The position numbers were made by a program, and so were the translations under genes. A stretch of DNA of 64,000 nucleotides from Bacteroidota bacterium. Its GTDB lineage: Bacteria; Bacteroidota; Bacteroidia; AKYH767-A; OLB10. The notes under the pieces are model-generated. The model was not told where the DNA came from. It made no database searches and worked only from the letters and a program-made list of their open reading frames with translations. Position 1 is the stretch's first letter. Every line of letters begins with the position of its first letter. Shown one piece after another: positions 50,022-59,229 of this stretch. The stretch is from NCBI GenBank assembly GCA_947447155.1, contig CANFIN010000003.1, forward strand, positions 1,185 to 65,184. Reading direction: 5' to 3'.

Positions 50022-50744
50022 TTATACTCCTTCAACAATTTGTTTTGAACGAAGCAGCTTATACTCCTCTCTGCAGTTTTTACAATAGAACCAGTCACTT
50101 GTAAATGTTGTAGACTCTTCTCTTCCACAACTATCACATTGACGCATTGCTTCAGTTCGTTGATAATGCATCTTGCTTATATGATTATCCAAATGGATTG
50201 AAGGGAAATCAAACAAATTAATTTCCTCCATTAATCGAGGGTGAACAGGATAAAACCCATTATTACCCTTCACATCTATAAGCACAACTCTTTTACCGAT
50301 AGCACGGAGTTGTTTTATTAATGGCTGATAATCGATGTCGCCAGCTAGAATGCAAGCGATATCAAACGATGAATTTTGAAATGCCAAGGACAATGCGGTT
50401 GTTGCCAAACCCACTTCCAAACAATTCTCTCTGCGCGCAACTACTTCTTTATTTTTGAAATCATATTCATAGATTTCAGTATTGTAATTACATCTCTTAG
50501 CAAGCATCTCATAAAACTGACGCTCTCGTATATTATCATGACCTGGCTTGTTAATAGCGATTGTTCCAAAATAATAGGTACGAACTAAATCAATTTTCAT
50601 ATCTGTAAATTCCCCTAATTGCTCTTGAACAATTTTTGGAAGTGCGCGATAGTCTAGTTCAAAATCTGGATCATCGCACAAACTCAATAAATAGGGACGA
50701 ACGTGGTACAACCAACTACCATCTATAAATAGCATTGCTTTCAT
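50022..50744 (-). CDS. NYN/LabA-like nuclease-domain protein with a C-terminal CxxC...CxxC zinc ribbon
   Basis: LFIDGSWLY and ILAGDIDYQPLI acidic motifs, with C-terminal CDSCGREESTTFTSDWFYCKNC. Confidence 0.65.
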   Translation of the reverse strand: MKAMLFIDGSWLYHVRPYLLSLCDDPDFELDYRALPKIVQEQLGEFTDMKIDLVRTYYFGTIAINKPGHDNIRERQFYEMLAKRCNYNTEIYEYDFKNKEVVARRENCLEVGLATTALSLAFQNSSFDIACILAGDIDYQPLIKQLRAIGKRVVLIDVKGNNGFYPVHPRLMEEINLFDFPSIHLDNHISKMHYQRTEAMRQCDSCGREESTTFTSDWFYCKNCREEYKLLRSKQIVEGV

Positions 50745-50819
50745 AACAATTGTAAAATTAAAATTTGATTAAAGATGGTTTTAAAAACAATCCGATAGTC
50801 ATCAACAAGTTTTTAAACA

Positions 50820-51635
50820 TTATACGGCCACCTGAAAATCCCTTAAAGCATCATTTAAAGATGTCTTTTGATCAGTACTTTCTTTTCGTTGACCAATAAT
50901 AAGTGCACATGGAACTTGATAATCTCCAGCAGGAAATGATTTAGTATAAGAACCAGGTATTACAACTGAACGGGCGGGAACTCGACCTTTATATTCAATT
51001 GGTGATGTCCCAGTTACATCGATTATTTTAGTTGACATTGTAAGCACGACATTCGCTCCAAGGACTGCTTCTTTCTCTACTCGAACGCCTTCAACGACTA
51101 TTGAACGAGATCCAAGAAAACAACCATCTTCAATTATTACAGGCGCTGCCTGAACTGGCTCGAGCACACCTCCTATTCCTACTCCTCCGCTCAAATGTAC
51201 ATTCTTACCAATCTGAGCACAAGAACCAACTGTAGCCCATGTATCTACCATCGTTCCTGCATCTACATAAGCACCAATATTAACATAAGATGGCATCATA
51301 ATTACACCAGGCGATAAATAACTTCCGTGACGGGCAATCGCATGAGGAACAACGCGAACACCCAATTCGGCATACTTATTTTTTAGGGGAATCTTATCAT
51401 AAAATTCAAAAGGACCCACCTCAATCGTTTCCATTTTCATTATTGGGAAATACATGATTACAGCCTTTTTAATCCAATCATTTACTTGCCATCCATCCTC
51501 AACAGGCTCTGCAACTCGAATTTTTCCATCGTTAAGTAAAGCAACAACGCTTTTAATAGCTTCTTGCGTTTCTTGCTGCCGCAATAGCTCACGATTACTC
51601 CATGCCTGCTCAATTATTCCGTTTAATTCTCTCAT
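50820..51635 (-). CDS. dapD: 2,3,4,5-tetrahydropyridine-2,6-dicarboxylate N-succinyltransferase
   Basis: 271 aa with hexapeptide repeats and the typical DapD N-terminal helical domain. Confidence 0.9.
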   Translation of the reverse strand: MRELNGIIEQAWSNRELLRQQETQEAIKSVVALLNDGKIRVAEPVEDGWQVNDWIKKAVIMYFPIMKMETIEVGPFEFYDKIPLKNKYAELGVRVVPHAIARHGSYLSPGVIMMPSYVNIGAYVDAGTMVDTWATVGSCAQIGKNVHLSGGVGIGGVLEPVQAAPVIIEDGCFLGSRSIVVEGVRVEKEAVLGANVVLTMSTKIIDVTGTSPIEYKGRVPARSVVIPGSYTKSFPAGDYQVPCALIIGQRKESTDQKTSLNDALRDFQVAV

Positions 51636-51658
51636 ATTGATTATTTACTAAAGTGGTG

Positions 51659-51666
51659 CAAAGTTA
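51659..51666 (-). promoter_or_regulatory. -7 box TAACTTTG upstream of dapD
   Basis: Exact TAnnTTTG on the minus strand, 23 nt before the ATG. Confidence 0.4.
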
Positions 51667-51686
51667 TAAATAAGAACAGAACTTAT

Positions 51687-51694
51687 TACCTTTG
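51687..51694 (+). promoter_or_regulatory. -7 box TACCTTTG, 4 nt upstream of the ruvX ATG
   Basis: The sequence reads TACCTTTGtagaATG. Confidence 0.45.
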
Positions 51695-51698
51695 TAGA

Positions 51699-52115
51699 AT
51701 GGGAAGAATCCTGGCAATCGATTATGGAACAAAGAAGACGGGAATAGCCGTTACCGACCCGCTTCAAATAGTAGCCAGCCCATTAGACACCATTCCTACA
51801 CATATACTGTTTGAATTCCTAAAAAAATACATTACTACTGAAGTGGTAGATAGTATTGTTGTTGGTGATCCAAGACGATTGAATGGTGAAATGTCAGAGA
51901 CAACCCATTTAACAAATCAATTCGTTAATAAATTAAAAAAAGAAATCCCCTTGATCAAAATAGTGCGCATAGATGAACGCTTTACTTCAAAGATTGCTGA
52001 AAGAACTGTTGCTGCTATGGGCTTACCTAAAATGAAACGTCAAAATAAAACGCTAATCGACAAAGTGAGTGCTACTATTATTTTACAAGACTACTTAAGC
52101 ACCTTACCAATATAA
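51699..52115 (+). CDS. ruvX: Holliday junction resolvase-like / pre-16S rRNA nuclease YqgF
   Basis: MGRILAIDYGTKKTGIAVTD N-terminus and DERFTS motif. Confidence 0.9.
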   Translation: MGRILAIDYGTKKTGIAVTDPLQIVASPLDTIPTHILFEFLKKYITTEVVDSIVVGDPRRLNGEMSETTHLTNQFVNKLKKEIPLIKIVRIDERFTSKIAERTVAAMGLPKMKRQNKTLIDKVSATIILQDYLSTLPI

Positions 52116-52120
52116 TTATT

Positions 52121-52678
52121 ATGATTTACCCTATTGTTGCATACGGCGATCCAGTTTTAAGAAAAGTAGCAGCACCTATCAGTGCCGACTATCCGAAATT
52201 GAACGAGATAATTCAAAATATGTTTGATACCATGAAGCGCAGTTATGGTATTGGATTGGCTGCACCACAAATTGGTTTATCAATCAGACTTTTTGTTGTT
52301 GATGCGACACCCTATGAAAATGATGAACGAGACCTTGATGGATTTAAACAGGTTTTTATCAATGCTCAAATTTTAGAGGAAGAAGGAAAGAAATGGAAAT
52401 GTTCTGAAGGATGCTTGAGTATTCCTGGAATCCGTGAAGATGTGGATAGAAATCCGAACATAACGGTTAGGTATATGGATGAAAACTTTGTGGAGCGTAC
52501 AGAATCGTATACAGGCATGCGAGCAAGAATTATCCAACACGAGTATGATCACATAGAAGGCATCCTAATGACTGATCGTCTGACACCGATTAAAAAGCAA
52601 TTATTGAAAGGCCGATTGAATGATATTATGAAAGGCCGTACGGACGCTGACTACAAAATGCGTTTTTACAAGAAATAA
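52121..52678 (+). CDS. def: peptide deformylase
   Basis: GIGLAAPQ, EGCLS and HEYDH motifs. Confidence 0.95.
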   Translation: MIYPIVAYGDPVLRKVAAPISADYPKLNEIIQNMFDTMKRSYGIGLAAPQIGLSIRLFVVDATPYENDERDLDGFKQVFINAQILEEEGKKWKCSEGCLSIPGIREDVDRNPNITVRYMDENFVERTESYTGMRARIIQHEYDHIEGILMTDRLTPIKKQLLKGRLNDIMKGRTDADYKMRFYKK

Positions 52679-52726
52679 AAAAGGTTGTAATTATCTTTAG
52701 GATTGATAAAAATCAAAATCGCTGAA

Positions 52727-52954
52727 TCAGCAATCGTTTTTAGGACTGTTCATTGCTTTCAATATCTCCTCCTGTGTTATATGCCACTCTTCAGCAGTTG
52801 TTGGATTTAAAGGTTTTACTTTCCTCGATTTTTCTGCTATTTGGTTTAAAAGCTCAATAAAATCTTCTGAAGTAATGTCTTCCCTAAAAGGATGATCATC
52901 GTCAGCCATTTTAGATTCGTCCATAGAACGAAGTTTTTCTAATGTTATTTTCAT
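52727..52954 (-). CDS. small acidic hypothetical protein
   Basis: 75-aa ORF with no motif recognised. Coding status is uncertain. Confidence 0.35.
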   Translation of the reverse strand: MKITLEKLRSMDESKMADDDHPFREDITSEDFIELLNQIAEKSRKVKPLNPTTAEEWHITQEEILKAMNSPKNDC

Positions 52955-53033
52955 GTTCTGAAGTTACAAAAAATAATCTACTTTAGACAACTAAATAAAA
53001 CATTTTTTAATCATTGACAAGCAATAAAATTAG

Positions 53034-53549
53034 ATGAAAACCTCAGTAATTTACTTAATAGGATTTTCTACCTCTGGAAAATCGACACTGGGGAAAATAA
53101 TCGCAGAAAAATTAAACTATCACTTTATTGACTTAGACGAAGCCATAACTCAACAACAAGGCAAGTCGATTAATACACTATTTGATGAATTTGGTGAAGA
53201 AGGATTTCGTAAAATAGAACGACAGTTATTAGTCAATACTATTTTTCTGACAGAAACAGTTATTGCTTGCGGAGGTGGTACTCCTTGTTATTCCGACAAT
53301 ATGGAATTCTTGCTAAGAAACGGGACAACTATTTTTCTTGAAGTTGATGAATCAATTCTGCTTAAACGCTTGTTAAATAATACTGCTGAAAGACCTTTAT
53401 TCAAAGGGAAATCAAAAGAGGAAATAGCATCTCATATTAATGAACTACAAACTGCGCGAAAAGCATTTTATGAAAGAGCCAGCTATACGATAAAGAATAA
53501 TGGTAATGAAGAATTAGCTATTAGGAGTATTTTAAAAGTTCTAGAATAA
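53034..53549 (+). CDS. aroK: shikimate kinase
   Basis: P-loop GFSTSGKST, ACGGG and RPL motifs. Confidence 0.9.
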   Translation: MKTSVIYLIGFSTSGKSTLGKIIAEKLNYHFIDLDEAITQQQGKSINTLFDEFGEEGFRKIERQLLVNTIFLTETVIACGGGTPCYSDNMEFLLRNGTTIFLEVDESILLKRLLNNTAERPLFKGKSKEEIASHINELQTARKAFYERASYTIKNNGNEELAIRSILKVLE

Positions 53550-54251
53550 TTACCATTCTTTTTCAGGCTTTCCTCCTGTTGCATCAAACTTTTTAGCATT
53601 TTTCTTTTGTAACTTTTGCTCCTGATTTTTCAATGCTTGTAGCATTCGCTCTGCTTCTTCTTTCGATATTTTTGGTTGAGAAGATTTTTTTTGTTCTTGT
53701 TGCTGTTGATCTTGCTTTTGCTGCTGATCCTTCTTTTGATCTTGATTTTTTTGTTGCTGTTGCTGATCTTTTTTCTGCTGATCTTTGTTTTGCTGGTTTT
53801 TATTTTGCTGATTATTTTTTTGCTGTTGCGCCTTTAATTTTGCAAGTGCATAAGCTAAATTATATCGTGCATCATCATCTTTAGGATTTTGTCGGAGCGC
53901 CATTTTATAAGCCTCAACACTCTCTTGGTATTTTTCAGACTTCAAATATGAATTACCAAGGTTGTAATAAGCTTTTGACTGTTCTATTGGATCCTTAGTA
54001 GTGCCAGAAGCCTGCATATATTGCTTGGTTGCATCTTCGTTATTCCCTTGTTTATAATAGGTATTGCCCAAATTATAATTACCTGCAAAGCTCTTAGCAT
54101 CTTTTTCAATTGCAGTTTTATAATCTATTTCGGCATCTTTATATTTTTTATTGTTGTATGCGTCGTTACCACGACGAATAGTTGAGTTCGCGTTTTGCGC
54201 AAACGAATTTGAATTAATCAGAATAACAATTAATAACAAAATGAATCTCAT
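53550..54251 (-). CDS. batC: BatC-like TPR protein with a Q/K-rich low-complexity tail
   Basis: Signal peptide and TPR units (YNLGNTYYKQGN, YYNLGNSYLKSEKY), then QQQKNNQQNKNQQNKDQQKK.... ATGA overlap with batB. Confidence 0.7.
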   Translation of the reverse strand: MRFILLLIVILINSNSFAQNANSTIRRGNDAYNNKKYKDAEIDYKTAIEKDAKSFAGNYNLGNTYYKQGNNEDATKQYMQASGTTKDPIEQSKAYYNLGNSYLKSEKYQESVEAYKMALRQNPKDDDARYNLAYALAKLKAQQQKNNQQNKNQQNKDQQKKDQQQQQKNQDQKKDQQQKQDQQQQEQKKSSQPKISKEEAERMLQALKNQEQKLQKKNAKKFDATGGKPEKEW

Positions 54252-55297
54252 AATTTCTGCTTATTATTTTCTCCGAATAAATTCCACTTAGCAACTACTT
54301 TACTTTTATTTTCTCCAATTATAAAATCAATTAATAATAAAATCAAAGCAATAGCTATAAAAATCTGATATTGATTTTCAAAACTAGTATACATCTTCGC
54401 TTTAAATTCTTTTTTATCAAGTGCATTCAGTTCTTTTAAAATAATTGATAAGCCATCATCACTATTGGTTGCATGGATAAACTTACCTTTTCCTCCTTCC
54501 GCAATATCTTCTAGCATAACACTATTCATTTTTGTCATAATTGTTTGACCTGAATGATCCTGACGATAGCCCACTTTAGCGCCGTTATTATAAATAGGAA
54601 TTGGTGTACCCTGCTCGGAGCCCATTCCTATCGTATAAACTTTAACGCCCTGCTCGGTCGCAGATTTTGCCGATTCAATAGCGTCATCTTCATGATTTTC
54701 TCCATCAGTAATTATTACAATGGCGCTATTTTTTTTAATCGTATCTGTAAAAGATGTTGTGGCAAGATCAATAGCTGCCCCGATTGCAGTGCCTTGCTTA
54801 GGAACAATATCAGTAGAAATTTGCGTTAAAAATAATTTGGCAGCAGCATAATCAGTTGTAATTGGTAATTGCGTATAAGCATCACCTGCAAATACGACTA
54901 ATCCAATTCGGTCGCCTTCAAGTTTATCAATCAAACGACTTATTGCTTGCTTTGCGCGCTCTAAACGATTAGGCAATAAATCTTCTGCAAGCATACTGTT
55001 AGATACATCTAAACAAATTATAATATCAGATCCTTTACGCTTTACTTCTTCCAACTTTGAACCAATTAATGGTCCGCATAGTCCGATTATTAGCATTACA
55101 AACGCCACCCACCTAATCCAGAATTTTACTGTTGGTCTTGTATTACTTACATCTGGAAATAATTGTTGTATGATTTCTATTTTACCAAAACTTAATAACG
55201 ACTTCTTTTTCCATCTTACAAAAAGCCAGAAAAGCACCATTAACAGTGGAGCTGCTGCAAAAAGATAAATCATATCGGGATGTTGAAATCGAAACAT
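54248..55297 (-). CDS. batB: BatB-like membrane-anchored von Willebrand factor A protein
   Basis: VWA MIDAS motif DVSNSM, N-terminal TM segments and a C-terminal TM segment. Confidence 0.8.
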   Translation of the reverse strand: MFRFQHPDMIYLFAAAPLLMVLFWLFVRWKKKSLLSFGKIEIIQQLFPDVSNTRPTVKFWIRWVAFVMLIIGLCGPLIGSKLEEVKRKGSDIIICLDVSNSMLAEDLLPNRLERAKQAISRLIDKLEGDRIGLVVFAGDAYTQLPITTDYAAAKLFLTQISTDIVPKQGTAIGAAIDLATTSFTDTIKKNSAIVIITDGENHEDDAIESAKSATEQGVKVYTIGMGSEQGTPIPIYNNGAKVGYRQDHSGQTIMTKMNSVMLEDIAEGGKGKFIHATNSDDGLSIILKELNALDKKEFKAKMYTSFENQYQIFIAIALILLLIDFIIGENKSKVVAKWNLFGENNKQKL

Positions 55298-55299
55298 AA

Positions 55300-56307
55300 C
55301 TATGGCAGACTTTTCAAAATTGTATAACGAAGTACTAACTCACATAAAATTAACGCAAATGCAATTAAAGCATAGGGAAGATATTCGTCGGTATAACGAT
55401 TAAATTCAGTTACTTCAATTTTAGATTTTTCCAGACGATCAATTTCTCTAAAAATACTTTCTAGTGCTTTATTACCAGTAGCCCTAAAATATTTTCCATC
55501 TGTATTTTGTGCTACTTGACTTAACAATGCCTCATCAATCTGCACTTCCATATTTTGATATTGAATTCCGAATGGCGTTTTAAATGGATAAGGCGCCATC
55601 CCTTTTGTACCAACACCAATCGAATAAACACGAACATCAAACGCCTTCGCTATTTCGCCTGCGGTAGATGGCGGAATGGCACCTGAGTTATTTACACCAT
55701 CAGTAATCAATACCACAACTTTGCTTTTCGTTTTTGCGTCTTTCACTCTGCTTATTGCTGTTGAAAGTCCTTCGCCTATAGCCGTACCATCAATCAACAT
55801 CCCTGGTTCAACATCTTTTAATACATTTCTTAAAACAGAATGATCGGAAGTAATAGGACATTGCGTAAAACTTTCTCCAGAAAAAATCACTAGTCCAATT
55901 AAATCATTAGGCCTTCCATCAATAAATTGCTGCGCTACTTTTTTCGCAGATTCTATGCGATTAGGTTTAAAATCTTCAGCCAACATACTCGCGGAAATAT
56001 CAAGTGCGATAACAATTGAGATTCCTTCGGTAGTAACATTCGAAGAACTTGAAGTAGACTGTGGTCGTGCTAATGCAATAATTAAAAAAACAAACGCTAA
56101 CAATCTACAGAAAAGAGGAATATTAATTAATCTGCTTTTCCATGTAGGACGAGATCTTGCGAATGAATCCGTACTACTAATTTGAATTGTTGGAGCTTTA
56201 AATTTTTTGTATTTAAAAAAGTAATAAGCAAGCAGAGGAACTAAAATTAGAAGCCAGAACCACTCAGGATTTTTAAATTGATAAAAATGTTCTTGCCACC
56301 AAGTCAT
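55300..56307 (-). CDS. batA: BatA-like membrane-anchored von Willebrand factor A protein
   Basis: VWA MIDAS motif DISASM, with TM segments at both ends. Confidence 0.8.
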   Translation of the reverse strand: MTWWQEHFYQFKNPEWFWLLILVPLLAYYFFKYKKFKAPTIQISSTDSFARSRPTWKSRLINIPLFCRLLAFVFLIIALARPQSTSSSSNVTTEGISIVIALDISASMLAEDFKPNRIESAKKVAQQFIDGRPNDLIGLVIFSGESFTQCPITSDHSVLRNVLKDVEPGMLIDGTAIGEGLSTAISRVKDAKTKSKVVVLITDGVNNSGAIPPSTAGEIAKAFDVRVYSIGVGTKGMAPYPFKTPFGIQYQNMEVQIDEALLSQVAQNTDGKYFRATGNKALESIFREIDRLEKSKIEVTEFNRYTDEYLPYALIAFALILCELVLRYTILKSLP

Positions 56308-57269
56308 GCCTCTCCTCCTTTTTGATTAAGCAAATCTTTTTCAGCAGCAGGCGTTGTAGACTCAACAAACTGAATAGCGTTTATAAAACTCAATTCATGC
56401 TCTGATACATACGGAATTACTTTAGCGAATTTTACTAAATCAGCTAACCGTAATAAGTAAACAAGCTTTTCATTTTCTATTGCATCTATTTGTTTAATAA
56501 ATGCATGCTCTAGTATTTCATCAGAAGTAAATTCTAATGCAGGAATCATCCAACGATTTTGAATATAGGCACGAACAATTTCCGTTAACTCAGAATAATA
56601 TTTCTTTACATCACCTTGCTGCCATATTTCTTCTTGTTTTAATTGCTCGAAACTATTCATAGCAATTTCGTAAGCTGATTGCTTTGGTGCTAAAATAACT
56701 TTTGCAGCATCATCACGTTTTTTTGCTTTCTTCAGATAACGTACAACTAACCATATAAACAATCCTAAAACTAAAACACCTAAAGCTATCAAACCAATAA
56801 ACATCCAGTCGTAAGGAACATCTTGAATTGGATGGATGTCCTTTATGGATTTAGTTGTATCAACAGGCATTAAGAATACCTTTATTGTTAAAGGGTCCGT
56901 ATAAACTTTAGCATTTGCATTTTGTAGTTTATAATCGATAGTATATCCGGGAATCGTAAAAAATCCCGTATCAAAAGCCATCATGGTTACTTTCTGAGTA
57001 CGAAGTAAAATACTTTTATCATCAACCGGAATTGTATCGACTCCTTCATTTTTAATAACCTCAAGCAATCCTATACTATCTGAAATAAAGGGCCAGATTA
57101 GTTTTGCATCTTTAGGCTGTGTAATAGATAATTCTAACGAGAAAGGCTGTCCGACAACAACAATGTTAGTATCTAGTTTCATTGTAGCTACAACGCCTTG
57201 CGACATCGATAAAAAGCTTAAACCCATCAACGAACAAATCAAAAAGCACTTTAAAATTAAATTTCTCAT
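56304..57269 (-). CDS. membrane protein of the Bat/MoxR operon (exported Ig-like N-domain, one TM segment, DUF4381-like cytoplasmic tail)
   Basis: 321 aa with a signal peptide and a central TM segment (FIGLIALGVLVLGLFIWLVV). Four-nt overlaps on both sides. Confidence 0.5.
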   Translation of the reverse strand: MRNLILKCFLICSLMGLSFLSMSQGVVATMKLDTNIVVVGQPFSLELSITQPKDAKLIWPFISDSIGLLEVIKNEGVDTIPVDDKSILLRTQKVTMMAFDTGFFTIPGYTIDYKLQNANAKVYTDPLTIKVFLMPVDTTKSIKDIHPIQDVPYDWMFIGLIALGVLVLGLFIWLVVRYLKKAKKRDDAAKVILAPKQSAYEIAMNSFEQLKQEEIWQQGDVKKYYSELTEIVRAYIQNRWMIPALEFTSDEILEHAFIKQIDAIENEKLVYLLRLADLVKFAKVIPYVSEHELSFINAIQFVESTTPAAEKDLLNQKGGEA

Positions 57270-58129
57270 CGCTGCTTAAATAAACTCATTAAAGGTCTAA
57301 CATACGATTGATCTGTTCTAATTGCTACATGATCAACACCTGATTTATTTAACAATTCTGTTGTTTGTCGTGCTGTTTGCTGAAAAAACAAACGATAATT
57401 ATTTCTAACATTTGCGTCAGAAGTATCCATAACGGAAACAAAACCTGTTTCAGCATCTTTAAATCTGACCAAACCAACATCGGGCATTTCTTCTTCACGA
57501 GGATCAAATATTCTTAACGCTGCCAAATCATGTTTTTTAGAAGATACTTTTATAGCATCATCAAAACCTGAATCCATAAAATCAGAAATAACAAAAGCAA
57601 TACATCTTTTTTTAATCGTATTATTAAGATACTTAAGTACCAAACTAATATTCGTTCCTTTTGAATCAGGCTTATAGTCGACGAGCTCACGAATAATTCT
57701 CAATATATGAGTCTTACCTTTTTTAGGAGGGATGTATTTTTCTATTTTATCAGAAAAGAATATAACACCAGCTTTATCATTATTTTGTATTGCTGAAAAT
57801 GCAAGCGTTGCTGTAAGTTCTGTAATTAAATCTTTTTTCAATTGAGTATTACTACCGAACATTCCCGACTGACTAACATCAACTAACAACATAACGGTTA
57901 ATTCTCGTTCTTCTTCAAAAACTTTAACATAGGGATTACCGAAACGTGCAGTAACATTCCAATCAATATTCCGAACATCATCACCATCTACATATTCACG
58001 GACTTCACTAAACGCCATACCTCTTCCTTTAAACGCAGAGTGATACTCTCCAGAAAAAATCTGAGAGGACAACCCTTTGGTTTTAATTTCGATTTTACGA
58101 ACGCGTTTTAAAAGCTCAGCGGAATCCAT
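57266..58129 (-). CDS. DUF58-family protein (VWA-like, MoxR-associated)
   Basis: GEYHSAFKGRGMAFSEVREYVDGDDVRNIDWNVTAR is the DUF58 signature. Confidence 0.85.
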   Translation of the reverse strand: MDSAELLKRVRKIEIKTKGLSSQIFSGEYHSAFKGRGMAFSEVREYVDGDDVRNIDWNVTARFGNPYVKVFEEERELTVMLLVDVSQSGMFGSNTQLKKDLITELTATLAFSAIQNNDKAGVIFFSDKIEKYIPPKKGKTHILRIIRELVDYKPDSKGTNISLVLKYLNNTIKKRCIAFVISDFMDSGFDDAIKVSSKKHDLAALRIFDPREEEMPDVGLVRFKDAETGFVSVMDTSDANVRNNYRLFFQQTARQTTELLNKSGVDHVAIRTDQSYVRPLMSLFKQR

Positions 58130-58140
58130 TTACAAAATGA

Positions 58141-59124
58141 TTAAGGAACTTCAACAATATTTAAAACTTCATTAATAACATCATCAGTAGTAATGTTTTC
58201 GGCTTCAGCTTCATAAGTTAAACCAATACGATGACGCATTACATCATGACAAATTGCACGAACATCTTCAGGAATCACATAACCTCTTCGCTTAATAAAC
58301 GCATAAGCTTTCGCAGCCAAAGCCAGATTGATACTTGCACGAGGAGAACCACCATAACTAATCATGCTATCTAATTTGCGAAGATTATTTTCCTTAGGGA
58401 AACGAGTAGCAAAAACAATATCTAAAATATACTTCTCGATTTTTTCATCCATATATACTTCACGCACTGCATGACGAGCCTTTACGATTGTATCTGCTTC
58501 GATGATTGGATTAATCTTAGGAAATTCCTGTGCTATATTTTGTCGAATGATTAATTTCTCTTCTTCTTTGGATGGATACTTAATTACAACTTTTAGCATG
58601 AAACGATCTAACTGCGCTTCTGGTAAAGGATAAGTACCTTCCTGCTCGATAGGATTTTGTGTTGCCAACACTAAAAATGGCTCAGGCAATTTAAATGTTT
58701 CGTCGCCAATTGTTACCTGACGCTCTTGCATGGCTTCTAATAATGCACTCTGAACTTTTGCAGGAGCACGATTAATTTCATCCGCTAAAACAAAATTGGC
58801 AAACAAAGGCCCCTTTCGAACTGTAAATTGCTCTTGCTTCTGATTATAAATCAAAGTCCCCACTAAATCGGCAGGTAATAAATCAGGAGTAAATTGCAAT
58901 CGACTAAACTTTGCATGAATAGCAGAAGATAGCGATTTAATAGCTAATGTTTTTGCCAAGCCCGGAACACCTTCTAAAAGTAAATGTCCATTTGACAACA
59001 AGCCGATAAGTAAACGATCGAGCATATACTTTTGCCCAATAATAACTTTCCCTAACTCTAAATTCAACAATTCAATAAAAGCACTTTCCTGCTGAATCTT
59101 TTCGTTAATCTCACGAATATCCAT
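58141..59124 (-). CDS. MoxR-family AAA+ ATPase
   Basis: LLEGVPGLAKT Walker A and VLADEINRA Walker B motifs. 327 aa. Confidence 0.9.
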   Translation of the reverse strand: MDIREINEKIQQESAFIELLNLELGKVIIGQKYMLDRLLIGLLSNGHLLLEGVPGLAKTLAIKSLSSAIHAKFSRLQFTPDLLPADLVGTLIYNQKQEQFTVRKGPLFANFVLADEINRAPAKVQSALLEAMQERQVTIGDETFKLPEPFLVLATQNPIEQEGTYPLPEAQLDRFMLKVVIKYPSKEEEKLIIRQNIAQEFPKINPIIEADTIVKARHAVREVYMDEKIEKYILDIVFATRFPKENNLRKLDSMISYGGSPRASINLALAAKAYAFIKRRGYVIPEDVRAICHDVMRHRIGLTYEAEAENITTDDVINEVLNIVEVP

Positions 59125-59229
59125 AATTATTTTGAGTTAAAATTTCGAATCACAATATTAACCCATTCTCCTATGAAAAAGCAATATTCAAAAAGGAGTT
59201 ATGCGTTAATTTGTTGTTAAAAACTTTTG

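Noticed and set aside
53600-53830. Tandem repeat or CRISPR-like periodicity in the TTGCTG-rich stretch
   Set aside because: It is the antisense of the coding Q/K-rich low-complexity tail of BatC. The repeats are imperfect and there is no repeat-spacer structure.
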